A program made the translations under genes and the position numbers. A stretch of 64,000 nt of DNA from a virus (Duplodnaviria > Caudoviricetes), in the IMG/VR virus record IMGVR_UViG_3300033066_001917, positions 96,001 through 160,000 of that record; one strand, given 5' to 3'. Below the pieces are notes generated by a model that was given only the letters and a program-made list of their open reading frames with translations, had not been told where the DNA came from and made no database searches. Shown piece by piece: positions 39,128 through 48,061 of the stretch. Numbering within the stretch: the stretch's first letter is position 1; each line of letters starts with the position of its first letter.

Positions 39128-40132
39128 GTGAAAACCAGCTATATCTCATTTTCTTGCTCTCGGTGCGGAACTATAAGTCAACGGAATAGGGTCAATTGGC
39201 ACCCTGAACACAAAAACCACTTTTGTAGTAGGGAATGCAGAATACTTTTCCCAAGTGAGCAAACGAAAGTTGATCAACCTTGCGGTCATTGTGGTGATAT
39301 CGTCACTAGGAGAGCCAAAATCCAACAGGAGTCCAAGTCCGGTCACATTTTCTGTAATCATTCATGCGCAGCCAAATACAGAAATGCACACAAAACCACC
39401 GGTACCCGTAGGTCTAAACTGGAGGTTTGGCTAGAGGATAGGCTTCGGGAGCTTTATCCGGATCTTGACATCCATTGTAATCGAACGGACGCAATCAATG
39501 GCGAGCTTGACTTCTACTTCCCAGGGTTGAAACTGGCTTTTGAACTCAACGGGATTTTCCACTATGAACCCATCTATGGGGGGCCTGAAAAGCTGACCCG
39601 AATCCAGAACAACGATGCGCGGAAAATGGCTGCTTGTTTGGAGCGTGGAATTGAGTTGTGTGTGGTTGATACCAGTCAAGCTGATTACTTCAAGTCCAAG
39701 GTGGCGGAAAAATTCCTGGGGATCGTTCGGGGGGTTTTGGACAAGGTGATAGATCAGCGAACCCGGGCGGGGTGGGCCATTCAATCCACGGACCCCACCA
39801 GGGGTCAAACTGCGTCTCCAACAGCACCAGTAGTTGAGTTTCGGCCTCCTTTCTTGGCAACCCATGCCTTAGAGAGATCCCTACAATGGATGGCGGAGAT
39901 AAGGGATGGGAAAATAACCAGAACCGAGTTGGGAACAAGAGAAAACGTCAACCCATCGCGTATAAGCCAACTTCTGAACCTCGTGTATCTTCCAGATGAG
40001 ATGAAAACAAAACTAACCGGTAGAGACCCCTCCGTTGGCTTCCTTACCATTCAACAGGCCACCGAATTGGGGAGAGAGAATCGGGGTTTCAGAGGTAAGC
40101 ATAAATTGTCAAAAAAAGTTGTTACCTCCTAG
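39128..40132 (+). CDS. Zn-ribbon + PD-(D/E)xK-like endonuclease with C-terminal HTH (putative homing endonuclease)
   Basis: CSRC, FCSREC, FCNHSC; ELDFYFP.LKLAFELNGIFHY...D..K; ITRTELG..ENVNPSRISQLLNL. Confidence 0.7.
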   Translation: MKTSYISFSCSRCGTISQRNRVNWHPEHKNHFCSRECRILFPSEQTKVDQPCGHCGDIVTRRAKIQQESKSGHIFCNHSCAAKYRNAHKTTGTRRSKLEVWLEDRLRELYPDLDIHCNRTDAINGELDFYFPGLKLAFELNGIFHYEPIYGGPEKLTRIQNNDARKMAACLERGIELCVVDTSQADYFKSKVAEKFLGIVRGVLDKVIDQRTRAGWAIQSTDPTRGQTASPTAPVVEFRPPFLATHALERSLQWMAEIRDGKITRTELGTRENVNPSRISQLLNLVYLPDEMKTKLTGRDPSVGFLTIQQATELGRENRGFRGKHKLSKKVVTS

Positions 40133-40204
40133 AGCCGTAGAACGGTACTGCCCCGTCTACTCCGACGTACGAAATCGGCGCCTCACTATTTTGGCTTCTA
40201 CGGC
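40133..40204 (-). tRNA. tRNA-Thr(CGT)
   Basis: Loop TTCGTAC; atypical T-loop GGCAGTA. Confidence 0.75.
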
Positions 40205-40225
40205 GTTTCGGTTCTTGCGAACCGG

Positions 40226-40296
40226 AGCTAGTGCAGAGAATTGAACTCTGATTTCCTGAGTACCGATCAGGTGTACTGCCGTTGTACTACACCAGC
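40226..40296 (-). tRNA. tRNA-Thr(GGT), C33 variant
   Basis: CCTGA-TCGGTAC-TCAGG. Confidence 0.85.
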
Positions 40297-40415
40297 GAGT
40301 CTACGTTAGCGGGAACAAGGACACGTTGTCCCTGTTCCCACTGACGTAGTCTGTGTGCTGATGAAGAACTGGTACATGGCTTCGTTTGGTATTACGCTGG
40401 TATAGGCAGAGTAGG

Positions 40416-40682
40416 TTAGAGATTCGACCGACCCTGACGGACGGTTGCAATCTCTTCTGGTGTCCGTGGGTAGTACTCGGCTACTCCGATCAGGGGGCAC
40501 CCTGGGGCATGCTGGAGGGCAACGGGTCCACCGTATTCCTCGCGGATCATCCAGCGCAGGCAGGACCGGCACGAACCCCTGGCGCACACGTAGTCAATAT
40601 CGCAGTCCCGGCAACGACCGTCTGGGCATCCTGCGTCAGGATCACCACAATCAATGCATGGATGGTCTTCCGTGTCTTCCAT
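40416..40682 (-). CDS. Cys-rich small protein
   Basis: CIDC, CRDC, CRSC. Confidence 0.5.
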   Translation of the reverse strand: MEDTEDHPCIDCGDPDAGCPDGRCRDCDIDYVCARGSCRSCLRWMIREEYGGPVALQHAPGCPLIGVAEYYPRTPEEIATVRQGRSNL

Positions 40683-40685
40683 GGG

Positions 40686-41615
40686 TCAGAACATCTCCAG
40701 AACGTTCGTCTTGTTGTTGACGCAGTGGGGAGAGTACCACAAAGACTCCAAACGAGCCCCCTCACCAGGGGCATGATCTGACTGGTTGGCATACCCACCC
40801 TTAGCTTTCCAGTGATGGAGGGTCCATCCGTGGTTCTCGATCTCGGTGTGTTCACCAGGGAGTCCGGCCAGGACAATGCGAATGCGTGGGTTGGCTCCCT
40901 GCTCGATGCACCACTCCCGGACCTGGGCTGATAGGTTGGTTCCGGTGCCCCCCATCGCATACTGCTGGTTGCCAGTGGCATAGGGGGGGTCAAGGAAAAT
41001 TCCCACGGTGGAGTTTCCGTGCAGGGTGTGGTCCGCTGGGAAGAGGGTTGTACGTGACCCACACACCCTCTTCCAGTCACCACAACAGACTCGTACCCTA
41101 GACAGGCGTTTGGACAGGGACACAATGTGTTCCACCTGGGATGCGGGGTCCCTGCCTACGATTCCCCTCCCGAGGTCACTGAGGGAGGGTAGCTGACGTG
41201 AGGGCTTGCTCATCCACCCAGAGCCAATCCAGGAGTTCTGCCCCCAACACCACCACCCTGCCACCTTGGGGTCACACCACTCAGGGTCAGCCAGGAGTTT
41301 CTCTACGAGGCCATCCCTGTTGTCAATGAGCCACTGATGCCGGGCGTGAAGGTCCACCTCGGAGATGGGCCAATCCAGGTGGTGGGCTACCTCCTCCGGT
41401 TTGAGCCTGGAAGCCCGCCAGAAGTTTGCCACCATCCCATCGGCATCGTTGAGGGTCTCCAAACGGTCTTTGTTTGGGCGTGCAAGGAGGACTGCGGCAG
41501 ACCCACAGAAAGGTTCGATGTAGTGGTCCGGGTTTCCAAGGGCTTCCCACACCTGGGAAGCCGCGCGGCTTTTGCCGCCGAAATAATAGAAGGGTGCTCT
41601 GAGAAGGTTCGCCAT
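40686..41615 (-). CDS. DNA adenine methyltransferase (D12/Dam-like)
   Basis: APFYYFGGKS, EPFCGS, LND, FLDPPY. Confidence 0.9.
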   Translation of the reverse strand: MANLLRAPFYYFGGKSRAASQVWEALGNPDHYIEPFCGSAAVLLARPNKDRLETLNDADGMVANFWRASRLKPEEVAHHLDWPISEVDLHARHQWLIDNRDGLVEKLLADPEWCDPKVAGWWCWGQNSWIGSGWMSKPSRQLPSLSDLGRGIVGRDPASQVEHIVSLSKRLSRVRVCCGDWKRVCGSRTTLFPADHTLHGNSTVGIFLDPPYATGNQQYAMGGTGTNLSAQVREWCIEQGANPRIRIVLAGLPGEHTEIENHGWTLHHWKAKGGYANQSDHAPGEGARLESLWYSPHCVNNKTNVLEMF

Positions 41616-41791
41616 GTGATCTCCAGTGAGATGATACCGGGACTTACGATCAGATCACTTGCGGCCAATAATAAAGTGGCCCTCCTCGGCGGGGACCACT
41701 ATAAATTTGCTGTCTTCATTGGTGAAACGACCACAAACGTAATTTACGGTTCGTGTCCACCCGTTGGCAATACCTCACGTAAGGATATAAC

Positions 41792-42724
41792 CTAGCTACC
41801 CATCAAAGAGAGAATTGAATCGTCATCCATTTCTTTGAGGCAATGAGGGCTCATCCAAAGTCTCTCCCGACGAGAATTCTCTTTGGATTGATCCGACCTG
41901 CGAATACCACCTGAGACCCAAGCCAGAACATTCCAACCATGCTTTTCTAATTCCTTATGCTCGGTGTCGTAACCAGCTAGAACAATCCGAAGGGTTGGGT
42001 CAGATCCATTTTCCAGACACCACTTCTGAACCTCTTTGCTAAGTTCCTGGTTATCATTGTCACCATAGCAATTCCCATCACGATCCGGATCGCTGTAGGG
42101 GGGATCAAGAAAGACGCCTGCCACCCTCCCCCTACCCAACTCACCCCACAATACGGACGGAGTAAGAACTCTTTTCCAATCGCCGCACAGGACCCTCACT
42201 CTTTTCATCCGGTTATGAAGGGCCGTTAGATCCTCAAAGGCATTGAAGGCCAACCTATGAACACCATGACCAGCTACATGACCAGAGCATTGAGGTTTGA
42301 TGTTATGGAGCTTCCCCTCACACCACCCCCCACCAAACCATGTGCTTTTTCCCCAAGCCCACCAACCAGCTATTTTCGGGTCGCACCACTCCGGGTCAGA
42401 TTTGAGGCTCTCTAGAAGTTCCTTGTTTTGATTCCACAACCATCTGTGCCGACAATGTAGATCAACCTCTGATACGGGGAATTGAATGTGCTGGATAACA
42501 TCTTGCGGTTTGGACGCCACGGAACGCCAGAAGTTGGAAATGAAGCCGTTTACATCATTAACGGTTTCAATCCAGGGTCCTGAACCAGGGCGGGCCAATA
42601 AAACCGCAGCAGATCCACAAAATGGTTCAACGTAGGTATCTACATCCCCTAGGGACTTCCAAATCTCATCTGCTATTCTTGATTTCCCACCAAAATAGGG
42701 GAACGGGGCTTTCAACTCGGTCAT
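41792..42724 (-). CDS. DNA adenine methyltransferase (D12/Dam-like), paralog
   Basis: APFPYFGGKS, EPFCGS, FLDPPY. Confidence 0.9.
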   Translation of the reverse strand: MTELKAPFPYFGGKSRIADEIWKSLGDVDTYVEPFCGSAAVLLARPGSGPWIETVNDVNGFISNFWRSVASKPQDVIQHIQFPVSEVDLHCRHRWLWNQNKELLESLKSDPEWCDPKIAGWWAWGKSTWFGGGWCEGKLHNIKPQCSGHVAGHGVHRLAFNAFEDLTALHNRMKRVRVLCGDWKRVLTPSVLWGELGRGRVAGVFLDPPYSDPDRDGNCYGDNDNQELSKEVQKWCLENGSDPTLRIVLAGYDTEHKELEKHGWNVLAWVSGGIRRSDQSKENSRRERLWMSPHCLKEMDDDSILSLMGS

Positions 42725-42755
42725 ACAAGAGGTTACCCCTCTTGTGTGATGGGGA

Positions 42756-42992
42756 TTAAGGATTGATTGATGACACTCTGATTACCCTAATGGGTACCCC
42801 CATATAGTCATCCGGCATAAACCCAAGGGATCGCAATTTACGGACGTAAACAACGAACTCCCAATACCCCTTCTCGTCGCTTACTCCCACACTAACCAGT
42901 GCCCCTCCGACCAACTTTAAGAGAAGGTCATTGAGTTGGAAAGATAAATACTCCATCCGCTCTTTGGTGTATTCTTCCGAGGGGTATCCCAT
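42756..42992 (-). CDS. Hypothetical protein
   Basis: Start MGYPSEE just after tRNA. Confidence 0.5.
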   Translation of the reverse strand: MGYPSEEYTKERMEYLSFQLNDLLLKLVGGALVSVGVSDEKGYWEFVVYVRKLRSLGFMPDDYMGVPIRVIRVSSINP

Positions 42993-42994
42993 AG

Positions 42995-43067
42995 TGTCAC
43001 TGGTGAGACTTGCACTCACACCCTGCGGCTTATGAAACCGCCGCTCCACTACTTGAGCTACAGTGAC
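42995..43067 (-). tRNA. tRNA-Met/Ile2(CAT)
   Basis: GCGGT-TTCATAA-GCCGC; T-loop TGCAAGT. Confidence 0.85.
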
Positions 43068-43069
43068 GT

Positions 43070-43393
43070 TCAAGCCCTTGGGGCTGCTAACAAAACCTTA
43101 ACCCTGTCGCCAAACTTAGGCCCACGGACTGTTACTTTCCCCGTCATAAACTGAATCATTCCGTGGGACTTTTCAACCCTAACTACTTCAGCACCCCATA
43201 GAGCCATAACACCGCCCCGAAGGCTGGACAGATTCCCTTGGAAGTCTATGACTTGGAAATCCTTATCGTTCATGGTGACCTGGGTGACATCGGCCCACTG
43301 CTCCGCATCCTCAAAAGCATCATGGATGTCTTCAATCGACGGAGGCCAGTGGTCAATCGTCAGAGTGATGTCCGGGGATGGGGTTTTAGCCAT
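43070..43393 (-). CDS. Hypothetical protein
   Basis: GTAA-N7-ATG start. Confidence 0.55.
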   Translation of the reverse strand: MAKTPSPDITLTIDHWPPSIEDIHDAFEDAEQWADVTQVTMNDKDFQVIDFQGNLSSLRGGVMALWGAEVVRVEKSHGMIQFMTGKVTVRGPKFGDRVKVLLAAPRA

Positions 43394-43416
43394 GGGGATA
43401 TTACCCCATCTCCTAT

Positions 43417-43779
43417 TTATCGGACATACCAGTGAAGGGCCCATCCAGGATCGCCAAAAGGGATCCGATATTTCTCACAGAAGGATCGGAGGATGGCATC
43501 CATCGAACCTGCGTCCGTACCTTTCGGGAAGTCCCGGAAATAAACGAGATTTCTAGGGTCTATATCCCAATGGTAAGCGATATTTCGTCGGCTTTTCATG
43601 AGATAGAGGAAAAACCTCCGGTCCTTTGTGTCTTCCGGGTTCGGCCTCTCAATGTAAACTTGGGGGTCCTTAGTTCCATCCCACTGTACGGCCTGACGAA
43701 CGGTCATATCCGACCCATAAAGATCAGACTCCTGAATTATGAGACCATAAACAACGTCAACTCCAAGATGCATTCCCAT
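43417..43779 (-). CDS. Hypothetical protein
   Basis: 120 aa. Confidence 0.55.
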   Translation of the reverse strand: MGMHLGVDVVYGLIIQESDLYGSDMTVRQAVQWDGTKDPQVYIERPNPEDTKDRRFFLYLMKSRRNIAYHWDIDPRNLVYFRDFPKGTDAGSMDAILRSFCEKYRIPFGDPGWALHWYVR

Positions 43780-43784
43780 GAGGA

Positions 43785-44210
43785 CTAACCTTTCAGATGT
43801 TGAATTACCAGTTCCGGGACGTCCTTAGATGTCATCGGATCCAAAATGTGAAATTGGAGATGTTTCCTACTGAGGGATGTCTTCCAGGAGTTGGGTAGGT
43901 CTCCTTTCCACAAAGAGTTGAGTTCCGGGAGGATGGTTAAACCCTCTAGGGGAAACCCACCGTTAACGAAACACACCAATGATTTGAGTCTCTTTGCCCC
44001 ATCTATGATTTCCCAATCTCCGCGGATGTCCTGACGGACATAAATAGGCGGAAGAGGAAAATCGCAGACAATCGATTCAATCAATTTTGACATTTTATCT
44101 GTGGGCCAAATCCCATGGTCCGAAAAATAAATGTCGCTGTGATCAATTCGGTCTAGGGTTTCTCTAACCGTAAGCTGGCGGCTGTGCCAGCGAATATATG
44201 GCTCTACCAT
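43785..44210 (-). CDS. DUF262 (ParB-like) domain protein
   Basis: W...KMSKLIESI...PLPPIY...WEIIDGAKRL. Confidence 0.75.
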   Translation of the reverse strand: MVEPYIRWHSRQLTVRETLDRIDHSDIYFSDHGIWPTDKMSKLIESIVCDFPLPPIYVRQDIRGDWEIIDGAKRLKSLVCFVNGGFPLEGLTILPELNSLWKGDLPNSWKTSLSRKHLQFHILDPMTSKDVPELVIQHLKG

Positions 44211-44213
44211 GAA

Positions 44214-44507
44214 TCAATGGGCCTTTCCGCATGAAGCGCAGGTTGGGGAAATGGGGTATTCATCCCGATCTCGAACGGTACAAGCGTGGTAGGCACCGCA
44301 GTGGGGACATTTCCGCGGGAGCTTGGGATAGGTCACGTCCGCCAGGGCATAGGAAGAGAGCTTCCCGTTGTCCCACTGGATGTCAACCATGAACTCCCAA
44401 TCGCGTTCTCGGCGGTAGTGGCGAACCACCCGACCGACCACACCGGGTTCGTCAGAGATGAGACGGCTGTCCACGGGAAGGTTCCCACGGTGATACTTGG
44501 CATTCAT
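44214..44507 (-). CDS. Hypothetical Zn-ribbon protein
   Basis: CPHC...CASC; GTAA-N8-ATG. Confidence 0.55.
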   Translation of the reverse strand: MNAKYHRGNLPVDSRLISDEPGVVGRVVRHYRRERDWEFMVDIQWDNGKLSSYALADVTYPKLPRKCPHCGAYHACTVRDRDEYPISPTCASCGKAH

Positions 44508-44553
44508 GGTGTTCGTTACCTCTCAACCCTGTATGGGTTGACGGTTGAGGGAA

Positions 44554-44841
44554 TCAAAACGCTTGGTTGATCAGGTCGTCGAATCCCGCTGGGTGAATCC
44601 ACGGCCGCGGGGTAGCCCGATACACATGAGCCTGCCTACCCATGAACTTGACAGTGTAGGAGATCCAATCCTCACCTTTGGATTCACTTTCAACCTCCAC
44701 TGTCTCACCTTCCGTAGCGTAGACACCACAGAAGGGGTCAACACCACGGAAATAGGGTCGACCTATAGTGTGGAGGAAAAACTCCTCCACAGGTAGTGGT
44801 AGCTGAATGATGTCATGATCCGTCAGAGTTAGAGTTGCCAT
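44554..44841 (-). CDS. Hypothetical protein
   Basis: 95 aa; GTAA-N7-ATG. Confidence 0.55.
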   Translation of the reverse strand: MATLTLTDHDIIQLPLPVEEFFLHTIGRPYFRGVDPFCGVYATEGETVEVESESKGEDWISYTVKFMGRQAHVYRATPRPWIHPAGFDDLINQAF

Positions 44842-44860
44842 GACACTGTTACTCGAATAG

Positions 44861-44936
44861 TCGGAGTGAGTGGATTCGAACCACCGATCTCTGCGTTCCG
44901 AACGCAGCGCCTTAGACCAGACTAGACCACACCCCG
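44861..44936 (-). tRNA. tRNA-Pro(CGG), A37
   Basis: CTGCG-TTCGGAA-CGCAG; C1:G72, A73. Confidence 0.9.
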
Positions 44937-44946
44937 GAGAAAATAG

Positions 44947-45021
44947 TCAGGGTAACAGGATTTGAACCTGCGAACCTCCCGGATCCCGACCGGGCACTCT
45001 TCCAGACTGAGCTATACCCTG
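44947..45021 (-). tRNA. tRNA-Pro(GGG), C33/A37
   Basis: CCCGG-TCGGGAT-CCGGG. Confidence 0.85.
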
Positions 45022-45047
45022 ATTTGGGGGTCAACCCCCCGAAGCTA

Positions 45048-45581
45048 TCAAATCGAAATCGCCAACATCTGCTGACGAAGCTGCTCGCGACGTTTTCCGT
45101 ACGTCCGAACAACATCATCATGGATACGAGGATCCAAGTAAGAACGAACATCCTCCTCGTTAGCCATCATCTTCCGAACCATCGTTGCAGAAATGTTTGG
45201 TCGACCGGGGCCAGAACGGTCCCACACTTCTGTGGTGTAACCTCGGCTAGAGAAGATATCCAGATCTTCTTTGCACCCACCATAAAACACCGGGCAATCC
45301 GGATATTCCTGGGCCAGACGGACCAAGTCATTCAGGGCATAAAGCCAATCATGATCAGAGTTGAAATCCGGGAGTGGTGCGATCCGGAGCTTGGGGTAGC
45401 ATCGCCGCAACCAAGTACTGCGATCCTCATAGGTGAACAGATTGCGTTCTGTCATGGGGGAATTGGCGCTCCCCAGGACTACGAGATGCTCTTGTCCATG
45501 TCGGCGGAGAAGCTCATCTAGATTCTGCATATGGCCCAGATGAAGTGGACTGAAGCGACCGACGCAAACGCCTAGGGTCAT
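45048..45581 (-). CDS. nadM: Nicotinamide-nucleotide adenylyltransferase (NadM-like)
   Basis: GRFSPLHLGH, LGSAN...RN.FTYEDR, ISATMVR. Confidence 0.85.
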   Translation of the reverse strand: MTLGVCVGRFSPLHLGHMQNLDELLRRHGQEHLVVLGSANSPMTERNLFTYEDRSTWLRRCYPKLRIAPLPDFNSDHDWLYALNDLVRLAQEYPDCPVFYGGCKEDLDIFSSRGYTTEVWDRSGPGRPNISATMVRKMMANEEDVRSYLDPRIHDDVVRTYGKRREQLRQQMLAISI

Positions 45582-45881
45582 GGTGGACTCCTTAGGTTAT
45601 AGGTTGACCTAAACTTCGGCGCCCGTGGATTCCTGGTCCTGGGCCTCGAAGATTGAGATCACATTCCAGGCAGGGTGTGGGTAGGAGGGATTAGACCCAT
45701 CCAGGTAGGATCGGAGGTTGTCGAGATTAAGACCCTTGGCCCATAGAGAGACACGTTCACACCGGAACGTATCACCGGAAAGCTCACCAACACGAACCTT
45801 ATCCGCACACATCAGAATAACACGCTTCATCATTCGTACCTTTGGTTGAACCATTGAAATCCGACGTTCCTTGTTGTCGGG

Positions 45882-45967
45882 CGGCGGGAGGGGGAGTCGA
45901 ACCCTCAAGGGCTTGTGGCCTCGGCGGTTTTCAAGACCGTTTTCGTCACCAATCGATTTGCCCCGCC
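45882..45967 (-). tRNA. tRNA-Ser(TGA)
   Basis: Class II, G73. Confidence 0.85.
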
Positions 45968-46030
45968 ATGTGGGGTCGTTGGATGTTACGCCAACGACCC
46001 CGGATATGATTGATCTTTCTTGTGGGTTTC

Positions 46031-46531
46031 CTAAACGTATGGGGCCCAGGTCGGATGGATCTCAGCCGGGAGGGCGGAATCCACCGAGACCGGACGGGCA
46101 GGTACGGTTCGCAGCACCATCTTTGCCTGCTCCGGTGTACGGTCAGCCTTTTTCGCATTGCAGGGCTGGCACGACGCCACGATATTGGTCCAGTCCGTCT
46201 TCCCACCCTTGGAGCGCGGGAGAACGTGATCCAGGGTGAGCTCTACCCCGGAGAAGGTCTTGCCGCAGTACTGACAGCAGTAACCGTCTCGGCGGTAAAC
46301 GTTCGCACGCGAGAACCGGGCACGACGCTCCTGCCGGGCGTACTTGCGCAGTCTCACGACTGAGGGCATCTGGATCGTGAGAGACGGGGATGAGACAGGG
46401 ATATCGTAGGATTCTAGGACATCCACCTTTCCGAGGAAGTCGAGCGTGACCGCCCGCTCCCAGGGGATGACCCCCATCACTTCATACGAGGCATTGAGGA
46501 GGAGAGCAACGAGGGACATGACGATGACCAT
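46031..46531 (-). CDS. HNH endonuclease (McrA-like)
   Basis: LLLNASYE, RD...CQYCG...LTLDHVLPRSKGG...W.N.V..C..CN..K. Confidence 0.9.
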   Translation of the reverse strand: MVIVMSLVALLLNASYEVMGVIPWERAVTLDFLGKVDVLESYDIPVSSPSLTIQMPSVVRLRKYARQERRARFSRANVYRRDGYCCQYCGKTFSGVELTLDHVLPRSKGGKTDWTNIVASCQPCNAKKADRTPEQAKMVLRTVPARPVSVDSALPAEIHPTWAPYV

Positions 46532-46564
46532 TTCTGCCCCCGCGTTGTGAGGGGCTAGTGATTG

Positions 46565-46652
46565 CGGAAGGTGAGGGAATTGAACCCACGGACCTTATTA
46601 GGGCCAACCGTTTTCGAAACGGTCCCAACAAACCAGCATTTGGCTACCTTCC
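46565..46652 (-). tRNA. tRNA-Ser(CGA)
   Basis: Class II, G73. Confidence 0.85.
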
Positions 46653-46670
46653 ACGAGTTGAATTTCATAG

Positions 46671-46760
46671 CGGTGAGCAAGAGAATTGAACTCTTGGGCC
46701 CCTTTTGAGGACCATCTGCTTTCCAGGCAGACCCAGCGAACCAACATCTGGCTGCTCACC
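46671..46760 (-). tRNA. tRNA-Ser(GGA)
   Basis: Class II, G73. Confidence 0.85.
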
Positions 46761-46819
46761 TTGATATCGGTTAAGAGATAGAGAAACAAAGGGAAAACCG
46801 ACATTCCCGGGTAATTATT

Positions 46820-47026
46820 TTAGTACGTATCGTCTTCGTACCGCTTGGGTTTGGGCTTGTTGATGATTCTACGGCACTGAGGACAGGTCACATACCTTAC
46901 GTCTTCCCCCTCATCATGATCTCTGAATTCAACAATGTCCCCCGGATGGAAAGCCACCCGATAGCGACAATGTGGGCAAACTTCTTCCCATTCCCCTTCG
47001 GGGCGTTTACTTACGACCCTAGCCAT
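46820..47026 (-). CDS. Small Zn-ribbon protein
   Basis: CPHC...CPQC. Confidence 0.6.
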   Translation of the reverse strand: MARVVSKRPEGEWEEVCPHCRYRVAFHPGDIVEFRDHDEGEDVRYVTCPQCRRIINKPKPKRYEDDTY

Positions 47027-47045
47027 TGCTTTCCAACCTACTTAT

Positions 47046-47121
47046 TGGCATCCTCGGCAGGAATCGCACCTGCGACCTTCGGCTTAGGAAGCCGCCGCTC
47101 TATCTCCTGAGCTACGAGGAC
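47046..47121 (-). tRNA. tRNA-Arg(CCT)
   Basis: Loop TTCCTAA, CCA, T-loop TGCGATT. Confidence 0.9.
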
Positions 47122-47128
47122 ATCGAAT

Positions 47129-47206
47129 TGGTGCACACGGTGGGATTCGAACCCACACTGCTCGGCTTCTGAGACCGATGCCTCCTAACCTTTGGGCTAC
47201 GTGTGC
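47129..47206 (-). tRNA. tRNA-Leu(CAG), short variable loop
   Basis: Loop CTCAGAA, 5-nt variable region, CCA. Confidence 0.85.
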
Positions 47207-47209
47207 TCT

Positions 47210-47287
47210 TGGTCCCCGTGATAGGTCTTGCACCTACACTATATCTCAGGTTTGAGCTGAGTGCGACTGCTTTTGCGCCACACGGGG
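47210..47287 (-). tRNA. tRNA-Leu(CAA), short variable loop
   Basis: CTCAG-CTCAAAC-CTGAG, CCA, T-loop TGCAAGA. Confidence 0.8.
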
Positions 47288-47404
47288 GAACAATGTCCGT
47301 CTCTCCGGACTGTCAAGCACCCAAAAAGACCCCAACAAACACGCTCGCTTTGTTGCATTTGCTGGTGGCCGTCTTTCCGACCTGTCTTCTATTAAAGAGC
47401 ATGT

Positions 47405-47488
47405 CCTTACACGAACGGACAATATTCCGACTGGATTGGACTCAAGGGGAAACCTTACACGAACGGGTTAATATTCCGACTGGATTGG
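47405..47488. repeat. Two ~35-bp direct repeats
   Basis: CCTTACACGAACGG(AC/GTT)AATATTCCGACTGGATTGG at 47405-47439 and 47453-47488. Confidence 0.9.
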
Positions 47489-47494
47489 TTTCCT

Positions 47495-47569
47495 TGGCAC
47501 TCCCGGTGGGAATCGAACCCACGTTTAGAGATTGAAAGGCTCTGATCCTAACCTTTAGAAGACGGGAGC
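47495..47569 (-). tRNA. tRNA-Glu(TTC)
   Basis: Cloverleaf, CCA. Confidence 0.9.
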
Positions 47570-47820
47570 AACATTCACTATTACGATCGGTAGCGATAAC
47601 TGATTTACCAAATCGACACTGTTTTAGTTGTGGGCCAACAATCGATCCGTGAGCTGTTCCCACAAGCTCTCCTCCCAAGGGCTAAGATCCTCACCCCGGG
47701 CCTCGGCTTCGTGAAGTTGGAGGGAGAGGGCCTCAGCCTTCACCGGATCAAAGTTTTCCAAGGCTTCTCGCAACTGCTTTAGATACATCACACACCTCAC
47801 TGGAATTAGCGGAAATTAAG

Positions 47821-47978
47821 TGCAGCGTGTCGGGCTCGATCCCGAATCATCAACCCACCGTACTCACCACCCACGAACGTGGCTTTCGGAAAGGTTGGTG
47901 ACGACCCATCCCATCCCCTTAACCCCTGGGTTCGTGACCCCCCAAAGATTAGGCGAAGTGAGATATGTGTCGCGCTGC
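47821..47978 (-). ncRNA. tRNA-like RNA with acceptor stem + T-arm and long internal rod
   Basis: GCAGCG/CGCTGC-A ends, TCGGG-ATCGAG-CCCGA arm, inner CTCAC/GTGAG and CACGAAC/GTTCGTG helices. Confidence 0.5.
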
Positions 47979-47979
47979 T

Positions 47980-48052
47980 TGGCACCCCATACAGGAGTCG
48001 AACCTGTCATGGCTGGTTTAGAAGACCTGCCTCCGCGTCCGGCGGATGGGGC
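47980..48052 (-). tRNA. tRNA-Arg(TCT), atypical D-arm
   Basis: Loop CTTCTAA, CCA. Confidence 0.8.
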
Positions 48053-48061
48053 ATAGAAACA

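Noticed and set aside
47405-47488. CRISPR mini-array
   Set aside because: Only two imperfect copies separated by 13 nt; no cas genes in the window.
47821-47978. tmRNA
   Set aside because: No G3:U70 or GGGG start, too short, no evident tag reading frame.
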